Assembly (NCBI GenBank): GCA_050916045.1
Contig: CP051526.1
Span: forward strand, 320,001 to 384,000
DNA: 64,000 bases
Direction: 5' to 3'
Origin: Tepidisphaera sp.
GTDB taxonomy: Bacteria; Planctomycetota; Phycisphaerae; Phycisphaerales; UBA1924
The position numbers were made by a program, and so were the translations under genes. The notes below the pieces were generated by a model that had not been told where the DNA came from, searched no databases, and saw only the letters and a program-made list of their open reading frames with translations. This document shows positions 1 to 9,503 of this stretch, one piece after another; the first letter of the stretch is position 1; every line of letters starts with the position of its first letter.

Positions 1-867
1 GGCGGAGTCGGCCGGGACGCTGTTGAAGATGAAGGTTCCGTTGGAAACTCCGCGGTAGATGATGAACTCCGAGTTCAGCTGGGTCATGACCACGTCGGGG
101 ACACCGTCACTCGTGATGTCCGTGATGACCGGAGCCTGCAATGCGCGCGAGCCCTGGGATGAAAAGGCTGCGGGGATCTGGAAGGTCCCGTTCCCGTTTC
201 CAAGCGAGCGGGTGAGGGCGGGAGGGTTGACGGTGGTGGTGAGGAGGTCCAGACGGCCATCCCCGTTGATGTCGGCGAGGCCGAGCCAGCCGGGGCCGTC
301 GCCTCCTGCCGGGGTGGTGAAGCGTGGGAAGAAACCTCCCCCCGCGGCGCCCATCAAGATTGAGACCGTGTCGTCGTCGACGTTACTCGCGAGGATGTCT
401 TTGAAGCCGTCGTTGTTGAGGTCTTCGTAGGCGAGCTTGGTGGGGGAGGACCCGACGGAGTACGCCGCGGAGTTTACGGCGAAGGTGCCGTCGCCGATTC
501 CGAGGTGGATACGGACGGAGCCGGCGCGGTACTCGGTGACGAGCAGATCGAGGATGCCGTCGTTGTTGGTGTCGTCGATCAGAAAGTCGATGGATGGGGG
601 ATTGATGTCCATCGCGATGCTCTGGATCTGGGTGTAGTTTCCCTGCGCGTCGCGGCGGAAGATACGGACGCTGGAGGGGATGTTGGCTGTGCGGGACGCT
701 TGGATGATCTCGGGGAAGCCGGACCCGTCGAGGTCCTTGGCGAGCAGGCAGACAGGAAGCCGGCTCGTCTCGGCGATCCGCGTGGGGGGGCCGAAGAATG
801 GGCCGCAGTCGGCGTGGGCAAGGGTGGAAAGGGCGAGGGCGAGGGTGAAGGAAATCTTGTGTCGCAT
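1..867 (-). CDS. Secreted FG-GAP/VCBS repeat protein (3' end outside window)
   Basis: Not in the ORF track because it has no stop in the window. Hand translation from ATG 867 (SD CAGGAG): signal peptide MRHKISFTLALALSTLAHA, then repeated DxNxDGxxD motifs (DLDGSGFPEI, DTNNDGILDLL, DLNNDGFKDIL, DINGDGRLDLL) and GxGDGTF. Confidence 0.85.
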   Translation of the reverse strand, partial: MRHKISFTLALALSTLAHADCGPFFGPPTRIAETSRLPVCLLAKDLDGSGFPEIIQASRTANIPSSVRIFRRDAQGNYTQIQSIAMDINPPSIDFLIDDTNNDGILDLLVTEYRAGSVRIHLGIGDGTFAVNSAAYSVGSSPTKLAYEDLNNDGFKDILASNVDDDTVSILMGAAGGGFFPRFTTPAGGDGPGWLGLADINGDGRLDLLTTTVNPPALTRSLGNGNGTFQIPAAFSSQGSRALQAPVITDITSDGVPDVVMTQLNSEFIIYRGVSNGTFIFNSVPADSA

Positions 868-941
868 GGGAAATCTCCTGCTCGGGCCGGTGGCGGCCCG
901 CCGGGCGTCATGCGACGGGGCCGGAGCGGAGATGCCAAGAT

Positions 942-3900
942 TCACTTGTCGCGGGAGACGGCGGCGCGACACTCTTCGAGCAGAGGTGCGATGGCGGGGT
1001 CGGGCTTGTCGGCGGTGGCGCTTTCGAAGGCGGCGAGGGCTTCGCGGGCTTCATCGCGGCGGCCGGCGCCGGCGAGGGCGAGGACGCGGAACAGGTGGAT
1101 GCTCGGGGTGAGGGGGTTCCACTTGGGGCGGGTTGCGGCGAAGCCCTGGTTGGCGCGATCGAGGAAGTCGAGGGCTTCGTCGAAGCGGCCGAGTCGGACG
1201 AGGGCCTGGCCGCGGACGTTGAGGGCGAAGGGGTCGTTGGTGCGGCTGGTGGCGAGTTGGGTGTCGCGGTCGACTGCGTCGAGGGTTTCGCGGCTGAGGG
1301 CGGGGAACTTGCTGAGGGCGATGACGGAGCTGTTGTTGATGAGGGTGGCGTGGTCGCCGATGGTTCGGGCGACGCGGGCGGCCTGCTCGCGGATTCTGGA
1401 GGGGATGGTGGGTTCGCGTTCGATGCGAGTGGCGAGTTCGGACATGTGGACGGCGGTGGGGCGGAGGCGTTCGATGACGCCGAGGGCCTGGCGGAGTTCC
1501 TCGCGGCGGGCGAGCAGGTCGGTATCGATGGGACCGGCTTCGAATCGCGTGAGCGCGTGGCGGATGGTGGAGGCGATGAGGTCGTCGCCGACGAAGCGGA
1601 GGCACCGGACGGGAACGGCAGCGGAGGCGAGGAAGGTCGCGACGTTGTCTCCGGAGGTGGTGTCGCGGATGGTGAGGGTGCCGTCGGGGTGTCCGGTGAC
1701 GACGCGCTTGAGGTCGGGTCGGAAGGCGATGGACTCGGCGGGAGCGGGGATGGGAAAGCGGCGGATCACGGAGAGGTCGGCGGCGTTGAGGAGGACGATC
1801 TCGTCGGTTGCGCCGATGGCGAGTCCGCCCTCGGCGAGGTCGATGGCGCGGGCGCCAGCGATGGGAGCCTGGCGTTTGGGTGCGGAGGGGTTGGTCGTGG
1901 AGAGGAGGGAGATGAAGTCTCCGCTGGCGAGGGCGAGGGTGTCCGAGTCGGTCCAGCACATGGCGCGGGGATCGCCCTGGAAGGGGACCTGGGCGAGGAT
2001 CCGGAGGTCGTCGGCGGCGAGGACGACGATGATGCCTTCGCGGAAGACGACAGCGAGCTTGCTCGCGTCGGCGGACCATGCGACGGCACCGGTGGCGGCG
2101 GCGCCGAAGGCGCGGAAGCCGAGCGGGGTGGCTGAGGCGAGGACTCGGCCTGTTCGGGTGTCGATGCGCAGGATGGTGCCGCGTTCGCCGGCGACGGCGA
2201 GCGTGACGCCGTCTGGGGCGAAGTCGGTAGCGGTCCAGGCTTCGAAGCTTGGGAAGAAGGTCCACTCGGGTTCGCCGGTGCGTGCGTCTCGGAGGATGAG
2301 TCGTCCCCAGTCGGCCTGGATGATTCGCCGACCGGCGCGGTCGATGGAGGTTGTGCCGGGGGGGATGGGTCCTTCGTGGCGGACTCGGTAGGGGCTGGCT
2401 CGCGTCGCGGCGGCCCAGATCTTGAGTGTGCCGGAGCTTGACGCGGCGGCGAGGGTTCGACCGTCGGGGGAGAAGCCGACGCCTTTGCCGAGCTGCGTGA
2501 GCCCGACGAGGGTTCCGAGGGTTTCGAGGGTTTCGAGGTCGAGGATTCGGATCTCACCGGCGTCGCTTTGGACCGCGAGGGTGGAGGAGTCGGGGCTGAC
2601 GGCGACGAGGTTGGTGCGGGCTCCGCTGACGTCGAGGGTGAGTCCGTGCACCTGGGTGCTTGCGATGCGGGTGCCGGTCAGGACGTCGATGACGCAGAGG
2701 GTCGAGGCGCGGCTGGCGACGCCCTCAAAGGTGAGGAGCTTGCGCCCGTCGGGGGTGAAGCGTGGAAAGATGCCGCGGGTGGTCCAGCGGAGCTGGCCGG
2801 TGGCGAGGTCGAAGACGCCGGATTCGAGGTCTCCGGATTCGACGGCGAAGAGCTTTCCGTCGGGGCTGATGGTGACGAAGGAGCGGCCATTTCGGGGTGG
2901 CTTGGGGAAGGAACGGACGATGGAGGCGGTTTCGGAGTCGAGGATGTCGATGAAGGGTTCGCTGCTTCGGGCGGAGGCGAAGAACCGTCCGTCGGGGGTG
3001 AAGGGTGTGGCTTGGAAGCGTCGGTCGTCCTCCCATCGTGCGATGACGCGTCCTGTCTGGAGGTTGTAGAGCATGGTGCCGCGGTAGCGGCTGGTGATGA
3101 AGTGTCGTCCACCGGGCGCGATGGCGATGGATTCGAGTCCTTCGATGGTTCCGGCGTCGAAGTCGGCGGTGAAGGAATCAGTCCAGCGCATGACCCTGGT
3201 GATGTGGGGGCTTTCGCTGACGAAGTACTCGCCGAAGACTCCGCTCACGTTGAAACCTCCTCCGGCGACCTGGAGGGTTCGGACGGAGCGGTCGGCGAGG
3301 CTGTCGAGGAGTTTCCATTCCCATCCGCGGAGTTCGACGGGTGCGGCGGAGAGTTGACGGCGCATGGCGGCGCCGTCGCCGAGTTCGAGAGCGGCGGCGG
3401 CGGCGGCGAGCGAGGCGCGGTAGGACTGGCGGAAGGCTTCGGCGGCTTTCTCGTCGGCGCGTGCGTGCTCGAAAGCTTCGGCGCGGCGGGCTTCTTCTTT
3501 GTCGTCGCGTTCCTTCATCGCGCTGATGAGGCCGTAGGTGGCGAGGCCCAGACCCAGGACGAGCGCGACGAGAATGGTGGCACCGGCGGAGACGGCGGCA
3601 CGGTTTCGGCGGGCCCATTTGCGGAGCCTGTAGGCGGCGCCGGGGGGGCCGGCGAGGACGGGCTCGTTTCGCAGGTAGCGCTCGATGTCGGTGGCGAGTG
3701 AGTTGGCGGTTTCGTAGCGGCGGGAGCGGTCCTTGTCCATGGCTCGCATGGTGATCCAGTCGAGCTCGCCGCGGAGGACGCGAGCCAGGCCTCCGGACTC
3801 GGCGTTTCGGAAGCGGGACGCGTCGGCGGAGGTTCTGGAGTGCGGCGAGCGTTGCTTGCTGACGCGGGTGCTTGGCTTTTGGGGCTCTTCTTCCTTGATG

Positions 3901-4877
3901 ATTCGCTTGAGCTCGTCGAAACCGGCGGAGCGGAGTCGTTTGGCGTCGAAGGGGGTGGAGCCTGTGAGGAGTTCGTAGAGGAGGACGCCGAGGGAGTAGA
4001 TGTCGGTGCGGGTGTCGACATCGACGCCGTGGGTGTGGGCTTGCTCGGGGGACATGTACTCGGGGGTTCCGAGGAGCTGGCGGAACTCGGTGAAGAGGGT
4101 TTTGTCGGTGAGGCGGCCGCCGGTGGCTTTGGCGATGCCGAAATCGATGACCTTTGGGAGGGGTTTGCCGTCGGCGACGGTGACGAGGACGTTGGAGGGC
4201 TTGATGTCTCGGTGGATGATGCCCTTCTGGTGGGCGTGCTGGATGGCGTTGCAGACGGCGAGGAAGAGGTCGAGTCGGTCGCGAGTGCGGAGGTTGGCTG
4301 TGTCGCAGTATTCCGTGATGGGGACGCCCTTGACGAGCTCCATGACGAAGTAGGGGCGACCGGCGGAGGTGGCTCCGGCGTCGAGGACGCGGGCGATGTT
4401 GGGGTGGTCCATCATCGCGAGGGCCTGTCGCTCGGCTTCGAACCGGGCGATGACCTGCTTGGTGTCCATGCCGAGCTTGATGATCTTGAGTGCGACGCGG
4501 CGGATGACTGGCTCGGTCTGCTGGGCCATGTAGACGGAGCCGAAGCCGCCCTCGCCGATGAGTTCGAGAATCCGGTAGGGGCCGACGGAGGTGCCGACGA
4601 GTTCGTCGTGCATGGTGGCGAAGGCGCGGGTCTCGGCGGTAGAGGGTGGCGGGGGTGCGCCGAAAGCGTCGCCGGCTTCCTCGATGGCGTCGAGGAGCGA
4701 GCGGACCTCGGCGCGGGCTTCGGCGTCTCCGCGGCAGGCTTGTTCGATGAAAGCGTGGCGTTCGGCGACGGGGAGTTCGACGGCTTCGACGAAGATGGCT
4801 TTGGCTTTGGCGCGGAAAGCGGGCGACCGCGGGGGATGCGGTTGGGCGGAGTTCGGGGGTGGCGGAGAGTCGGGCAT
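942..4877 (-). CDS. Hanks-type Ser/Thr protein kinase with TM helix, WD40-like beta-propeller and C-terminal TPR
   Basis: IGEGGFGSVY, VALKIIK, HRDIKPSN, DFGIAK, GTPEYMSPEQ; hydrophobic helix after WARRNR; FSPDG repeats; TPR-like RGQALVRLGRFDEAL. Confidence 0.95.
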   Translation of the reverse strand: MPDSPPPPNSAQPHPPRSPAFRAKAKAIFVEAVELPVAERHAFIEQACRGDAEARAEVRSLLDAIEEAGDAFGAPPPPSTAETRAFATMHDELVGTSVGPYRILELIGEGGFGSVYMAQQTEPVIRRVALKIIKLGMDTKQVIARFEAERQALAMMDHPNIARVLDAGATSAGRPYFVMELVKGVPITEYCDTANLRTRDRLDLFLAVCNAIQHAHQKGIIHRDIKPSNVLVTVADGKPLPKVIDFGIAKATGGRLTDKTLFTEFRQLLGTPEYMSPEQAHTHGVDVDTRTDIYSLGVLLYELLTGSTPFDAKRLRSAGFDELKRIIKEEEPQKPSTRVSKQRSPHSRTSADASRFRNAESGGLARVLRGELDWITMRAMDKDRSRRYETANSLATDIERYLRNEPVLAGPPGAAYRLRKWARRNRAAVSAGATILVALVLGLGLATYGLISAMKERDDKEEARRAEAFEHARADEKAAEAFRQSYRASLAAAAAALELGDGAAMRRQLSAAPVELRGWEWKLLDSLADRSVRTLQVAGGGFNVSGVFGEYFVSESPHITRVMRWTDSFTADFDAGTIEGLESIAIAPGGRHFITSRYRGTMLYNLQTGRVIARWEDDRRFQATPFTPDGRFFASARSSEPFIDILDSETASIVRSFPKPPRNGRSFVTISPDGKLFAVESGDLESGVFDLATGQLRWTTRGIFPRFTPDGRKLLTFEGVASRASTLCVIDVLTGTRIASTQVHGLTLDVSGARTNLVAVSPDSSTLAVQSDAGEIRILDLETLETLGTLVGLTQLGKGVGFSPDGRTLAAASSSGTLKIWAAATRASPYRVRHEGPIPPGTTSIDRAGRRIIQADWGRLILRDARTGEPEWTFFPSFEAWTATDFAPDGVTLAVAGERGTILRIDTRTGRVLASATPLGFRAFGAAATGAVAWSADASKLAVVFREGIIVVLAADDLRILAQVPFQGDPRAMCWTDSDTLALASGDFISLLSTTNPSAPKRQAPIAGARAIDLAEGGLAIGATDEIVLLNAADLSVIRRFPIPAPAESIAFRPDLKRVVTGHPDGTLTIRDTTSGDNVATFLASAAVPVRCLRFVGDDLIASTIRHALTRFEAGPIDTDLLARREELRQALGVIERLRPTAVHMSELATRIEREPTIPSRIREQAARVARTIGDHATLINNSSVIALSKFPALSRETLDAVDRDTQLATSRTNDPFALNVRGQALVRLGRFDEALDFLDRANQGFAATRPKWNPLTPSIHLFRVLALAGAGRRDEAREALAAFESATADKPDPAIAPLLEECRAAVSRDK

Positions 4878-4895
4878 GGCGCGTGCGGCGGTCGG

Positions 4896-5507
4896 TCAGC
4901 GTTCGGCGGAAGGCTCCCGGGTCTGCGCCTCGAGTTCGCGGAAGAGGACGGCTTTGGCGTAGGCCCATTCGCGCATCACCGTTCGTTCGGAGATGCCCAG
5001 GGCGCGTGCGGTGTCCTCGACCGAGAGCCCGGCGTAGAAGCGGAGGCGGACGACCGCGCCGGCGGTGGGGTCCGAAGCTTCGAGGCGACGGATGGCGTCG
5101 TCGACTGCCACGATTTCGTCAGAATCTTCGACCTGAGCGAGGTCCAGGACGTTGAGCGGGACCCGTTTGGCGGGTTTACCCCCTTCGCCGCCGCGTTTGA
5201 CGCGTCCGCGGGCCCGGGCGTGCTCGATCAGGATTCGGCGCATGGCTTCGGCGGCGGCGTGGAAAAAATGGGCCCGGTTGGCCCAGTCCAGGCCGGAGCC
5301 GGAAGCCGAGCCTGGTGAGCCGACGAGGCGTGCGTAAGCCTCGTGGACGAGAGCGGTTGCGACCAGTGTGTGGTCGCGACGTTCGTGGCTCATGCGTTCC
5401 TGAGCGACTTTCCTGAGCTGGTCATAGACGAGGGGGAGCAGGGCTTCGGCGGATTGCCGATCGCCCGCGCCGGCTCGTTGCATGAGGATGGTGATGTCCT
5501 CCGCCAT
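4896..5507 (-). CDS. ECF RNA polymerase sigma factor, planctomycete-type (TIGR02999-like)
   Basis: LLPLVYDQLRKVA, HTLVATALVHEAY, AMRRILIEHAR, region 4 LRFYAGLSVEDTARALGISERTVMREW; directly upstream of the kinase. Confidence 0.93.
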   Translation of the reverse strand: MAEDITILMQRAGAGDRQSAEALLPLVYDQLRKVAQERMSHERRDHTLVATALVHEAYARLVGSPGSASGSGLDWANRAHFFHAAAEAMRRILIEHARARGRVKRGGEGGKPAKRVPLNVLDLAQVEDSDEIVAVDDAIRRLEASDPTAGAVVRLRFYAGLSVEDTARALGISERTVMREWAYAKAVLFRELEAQTREPSAER

Positions 5508-5626
5508 GGGTGAATCTCCCGGGAGAGGGTACTGCGCCGGGCGGCGGATTGCACGCCCCTTTGTGGGCAGGAGGGAACCCGATTGATTACCCTGCGTCTC
5601 ACAGGCGACTTTCGAAGGAGATCCCG

Positions 5627-7420
5627 ATGACCGACCCGACTCCCGCGCCGGCCAATCCTCCCCGCCGCGGCATTCTCGACTTCATCGAACGCGTGGGCAA
5701 TGCGCTCCCCGAACCGGCTTTGCTCTTTGCGATCCTGGCGGGGATCGTGATCGCGGTTTCGGCGATCGGGGCGTCGATGGGGTGGCAGGTGCAGCCCGTG
5801 CAGCCGCGGGTGGTGATGGTGGATGCGGTGAACGAAGCCGGGGAGACGGTGAAGGTGCCCAAGCGGGATGAGCGGGGGCAGCCGGAGGTGGAGCTTGTCA
5901 AGACGGGGGCGCCGATAGCGCCCAAGAGCCTGCTGACGAGCGAGGGGATCTATTGGATGTTGTCGTCGATGCTCCGGAACTTCACGGGGCTTCCGGCGCT
6001 GGGGCTGATCTTCGTGGCGATGCTGGGGATTGGGCTTGCGGAGAAGTTCGGGTTCTTCGGGGCGATGATGAGGTCGCTGGCGCTGGCGACGCCGAAGTGG
6101 CTTTTGACACCGACGATCGTGCTGCTGGGGGCGAACTCGTCGGTGGCGAGCGATGCGGGGTACATCATCCTGCCGCCGCTTGCCGCGGCGCTGTACATGA
6201 CGATGGGCCGTCCGCCGGTGGCGGGGCTTGCGGCGGCGTTCGCGGGCGTGGCGGGCGGGTTCGGAGCGGGGTTCTTCCCCAGTGGTGGTGACGGGGTGGT
6301 CGCGGGCTTCGCGCAGGATGCGGCCCGGGTGATCGATCCGTCGTACACGGTGGGGATTCTGCACAACCTGTACTTCAAAGCCGGGTCGGTGCTGGTGATC
6401 ACGCTCGCGGGATGGTGGGTGACGGACTGGATCGTGGAACCCCGGCTGAAGCGTGCGGGGATGACCGGGGCGCTGGAGGGGCCGACGGCTTCGGATCTGG
6501 CGCTCAAGCCTGAGGAGAAGCGGGCGCTGCGGGTGTCGCTCTTGGGGATGGCGGCGGTGCTTGCGATCTTCGCGGCGCTCATCTTCATCCCGGGGGCGCC
6601 GCTTCATGGCGTGGGCCAGCCGACGCTTCCGAACGGGAGCGTGCTCCTGAGCCATCCGATCACGATCAGCCCGGCGGACGCGGCGGTGACGGTGCCGGCG
6701 CACGATGTTCTGACGAAGGATCCGTTCCTGGTGACGGAATCGGCGGCGAAGAGCCGGCTTCTCGAGACGCCGGGGGACCGCTGGGCGCATGTGATCGTGC
6801 CGATCATCTTCCTGGCGTTCCTGATCCCGGGGCTGATCTACGGGAAGATCACGGGGACGCTGAAATCGCAGAAGGATGTGATCGAGGGGTTCTACCACGG
6901 GATCCGGAGCATCGTGCCGGTGCTTGCGATCGCGTTCTTCATGGGGCAGTTCGTGAACTACTTCGCGTACACGGGACTTGACCGGATGCTGGCGTACGCG
7001 GGCGGGTCGCTTCTGGTGACGGCGGACCTGCCGGTGCCGATGCTGATCGTGCTGTTTGTGGTGCTGGTGGTGCTGGGCGACTTTGCGATCTCGGGGATGC
7101 TGAGCAAGTTCGGGGTGCTGGCTCCGATCTTCATCCCGATGTTCATGATGGTGGGGAAGAGCCCGGAACTGACGACGGCGGCGTACCGGATCGGCGACTC
7201 GGTGGTGAACATCATCACGCCGCTGAACAGCTACCTGCTCATCATCCTGGTGGTGCTCCAGAAGTACAAGAAGGAAGCGGGGTTGGGGAGCCTGATCTCG
7301 CTGATGCTGCCGTACTCGATCGCGTTCGGCCTGGCGTGGACGGCGTTCCTGGTGGCGTGGTTCATGATCGGGATCGATCTGGGGCCGGATGCGCCGGTGA
7401 ACTACGTGCCGCCGTTCTAA
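5627..7420 (+). CDS. abgT: AbgT family transporter
   Basis: LDFIERVGNALPEP, SDAGYIILPPL, AYRIGDSVVNIITPL; ATG 5627 with SD AAGGAG. Confidence 0.9.
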   Translation: MTDPTPAPANPPRRGILDFIERVGNALPEPALLFAILAGIVIAVSAIGASMGWQVQPVQPRVVMVDAVNEAGETVKVPKRDERGQPEVELVKTGAPIAPKSLLTSEGIYWMLSSMLRNFTGLPALGLIFVAMLGIGLAEKFGFFGAMMRSLALATPKWLLTPTIVLLGANSSVASDAGYIILPPLAAALYMTMGRPPVAGLAAAFAGVAGGFGAGFFPSGGDGVVAGFAQDAARVIDPSYTVGILHNLYFKAGSVLVITLAGWWVTDWIVEPRLKRAGMTGALEGPTASDLALKPEEKRALRVSLLGMAAVLAIFAALIFIPGAPLHGVGQPTLPNGSVLLSHPITISPADAAVTVPAHDVLTKDPFLVTESAAKSRLLETPGDRWAHVIVPIIFLAFLIPGLIYGKITGTLKSQKDVIEGFYHGIRSIVPVLAIAFFMGQFVNYFAYTGLDRMLAYAGGSLLVTADLPVPMLIVLFVVLVVLGDFAISGMLSKFGVLAPIFIPMFMMVGKSPELTTAAYRIGDSVVNIITPLNSYLLIILVVLQKYKKEAGLGSLISLMLPYSIAFGLAWTAFLVAWFMIGIDLGPDAPVNYVPPF

Positions 7421-8124
7421 GACCGCAGGGCGGCGACGGCTTGGGCGCGTGCTTCGCGCGGTTTGCCGAAGATCGCGGTCGCGGCGACGATGACGTCGAC
7501 GCCGGCGGCGCGGACGGAGGCGGCGTTGTCCGTCGTGACGCCGCCATCGATCTCGAGGCGCTGCGTGGGCTTCAGATGTTTCTTGATCGCGGCGGCTTTG
7601 GGGAGGACTTCGGGCATGAACTTCTGCCCGGAGAAGCCGGGGTTGACGGACATGATGAGGACGAGGTCGAACGCGTGGATGACGCGGAGGACCTGCTCGG
7701 GAGGGGTGTGGGGGTTGAGGCAGATGCCGGCGGTCATGCCCAGGGTGCGGCAGTGGTCGGCGAGCATGATGGCATCTTCGCCTTGAAGGCGCTCGATGTG
7801 GAAGGTGCAGTGGTTGGCGCCGGCTTTGGCGAAGGGCTCGATGAAGCGGGCGGGGTCCATGACCATGAGATGGACATCGAGGAACGCCTCGGGGAGGTGC
7901 TTCCTCAGCCCCTTGACCATGTCGGGCCCCATGGTGAGGTTGGGGGCGAAGTGGCCATCCATGACATCGATGTGAAGAAGATCCGCTCCGGCCCCTCCGC
8001 CCGCACTCGCGGACGGTGAAGCGAGCACATGGCCCGCATCGCTCGCCATGATGCCAAAGTCGGCGGAGAGGATGGAGGGGGCGATCAGGGGATGCGCTGG
8101 CGGGGTGGAGAAGAGGTGAGCCAT
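7417..8124 (-). CDS. rpe: Ribulose-phosphate 3-epimerase
   Basis: IAPSILSADF, HIDVMDGHFAPNLTMGP, DVHLMV, MSVNPGFSGQKF, EIDGG. Confidence 0.97.
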   Translation of the reverse strand: MAHLFSTPPAHPLIAPSILSADFGIMASDAGHVLASPSASAGGGAGADLLHIDVMDGHFAPNLTMGPDMVKGLRKHLPEAFLDVHLMVMDPARFIEPFAKAGANHCTFHIERLQGEDAIMLADHCRTLGMTAGICLNPHTPPEQVLRVIHAFDLVLIMSVNPGFSGQKFMPEVLPKAAAIKKHLKPTQRLEIDGGVTTDNAASVRAAGVDVIVAATAIFGKPREARAQAVAALRS

Positions 8125-8172
8125 GCGCCGAGGGTACGCCGCGAGGGTGCGTGTCACGATCGTCCGCGCCGC

Positions 8173-8601
8173 TCAGGAGTCGCGGGGTGACGCATCGAAC
8201 GGGCTTGCGCCCAGGCACCGGACCCAGGGCTTGATGTGGTCGGCTCGGGATTGGGACAAGCCGCACTCGGCGCAGGTCACGGGGTCGTCGTGCGGGAAGG
8301 GGAGCGGGTGTTCGCAGCGCGGGCAGAGGCCGCCGGGGTGTGCTTTGCATCGAGCGGCAAGCCGGCGGGCTTGAACAAAGAGGAGGGACATCGCCGGGAG
8401 GAACGCGAAGATGAACATCAAGGTCCCGGACCAGTTCCGGATCGTCCCTGCAGTGCTGGTGGGTCCGCCGCCCCCGCCTCCAACCCTACCCCCGACCCAG
8501 ATTCCGTTCATCGCCAGGATGGTGAGCACGCCGGATGCCGCCAAAGGAACCCCGAGGAGGAGGGCAAGCCAGAGCAGGGTTCGACGGATGGTGGGGGGCA
8601 C
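8173..8601 (-). CDS. Two-TM membrane protein with C-terminal zinc ribbon
   Basis: Two hydrophobic helices then CPRCEHPL...TCAECG; GTG 8601 preceded by TACAGT 6 nt upstream. Confidence 0.7.
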   Translation of the reverse strand: MPPTIRRTLLWLALLLGVPLAASGVLTILAMNGIWVGGRVGGGGGGPTSTAGTIRNWSGTLMFIFAFLPAMSLLFVQARRLAARCKAHPGGLCPRCEHPLPFPHDDPVTCAECGLSQSRADHIKPWVRCLGASPFDASPRDS

Positions 8602-8751
8602 CGGCGCACTGTACACGGAGGCGGCGAAGCGCGGCCGAACGCGTCCGGCGGGGTTCGATCCCGCGAACGAAACGCGGGCGCGGTGAGTGTTCACCGCGCC
8701 CACGCGAAAGGAACGTTTGCTTGAGATCTTGGCTTTGGGGGATGTGGGGGA

Positions 8752-9435
8752 CTATGCGGCGAGTTTCGCGCCGCTGAGGGAGGTGATCGTGAGGCCGCTG
8801 CCGCCGATGCCGAAGGTGATGGTGATGGGGACGCTGGGGGTGCCCGCGACCTGTCCGCGCTGGGCGGTCACCTGGTAGGTGACGCCCACCCCGGCCGCGC
8901 TGCTGGGGACGGAGGCATCGGTGAACTCGCGCTCACCGACGGCCCCGACGATGGCGAAGGTGGATTCGCCGGGGAGTTTGCGCCCGATGAAGTAGACGAC
9001 GCGGTCGGAGCCCGCGGGGTGCTGGGCTTTCCAGCTCAGGATGAGCTCACCGCTCCCGCCGAGGGCGACGCCGAAGTCGGTGGCCTGCCCGGGCGGGGGG
9101 ACGGGGCTGGGGTCGGCGGGGGGCGGGATCTGGGCGAGGACGTAGACGTTGGGGTCGTTCTTGCTTTCGGCGTAGTTCTTGATGGTTTTGATGAGGATCG
9201 CCCCGCGGTCGTGCATGTTGGCGACGCGGGTGTAGAAGAGCGAGGTTGAGGATTTGGAGACATCGCGAGCGGTCTCGGCGGCGTTGAAGGAAGCGCGGGC
9301 GGAGGTGACGAGCGCGGAAAGGGCGGTCAGATCCGCTGGCGCGACGCCTATTCCGGCGGCGTTGGCGACCCAGGCCGGGAGATGCTGCTCGTAGAACTCG
9401 ATCTTGCCGATGCGACTGGTGGGGACGACACCCAT
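8752..9435 (-). CDS. Hypothetical protein: helical N-domain, Pro-rich linker, Fn3-like C-domain
   Basis: ATG 9435 with SD AAGGAG; amphipathic helices, PPPADPSPVPPP linker, Fn3-like LILSWK...YFIGRK...FTD...TYQVTAQRG; no signal peptide. Confidence 0.75.
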   Translation of the reverse strand: MGVVPTSRIGKIEFYEQHLPAWVANAAGIGVAPADLTALSALVTSARASFNAAETARDVSKSSTSLFYTRVANMHDRGAILIKTIKNYAESKNDPNVYVLAQIPPPADPSPVPPPGQATDFGVALGGSGELILSWKAQHPAGSDRVVYFIGRKLPGESTFAIVGAVGEREFTDASVPSSAAGVGVTYQVTAQRGQVAGTPSVPITITFGIGGSGLTITSLSGAKLAA

Positions 9436-9503
9436 AAAGACTCCTTGGCCGACTGGCCGGTGAGAGGATGCGTGAGGCATCGGCCCCCATCCCCCCCGAG
9501 GCT

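Noticed and set aside
505..8350. Long ORFs such as 505..2391 (+), 3178..4968 (-) and 5390..8350 (-)
   Set aside because: Antisense or frame-shifted shadows of real high-GC genes; Arg/Pro-rich with no motifs.
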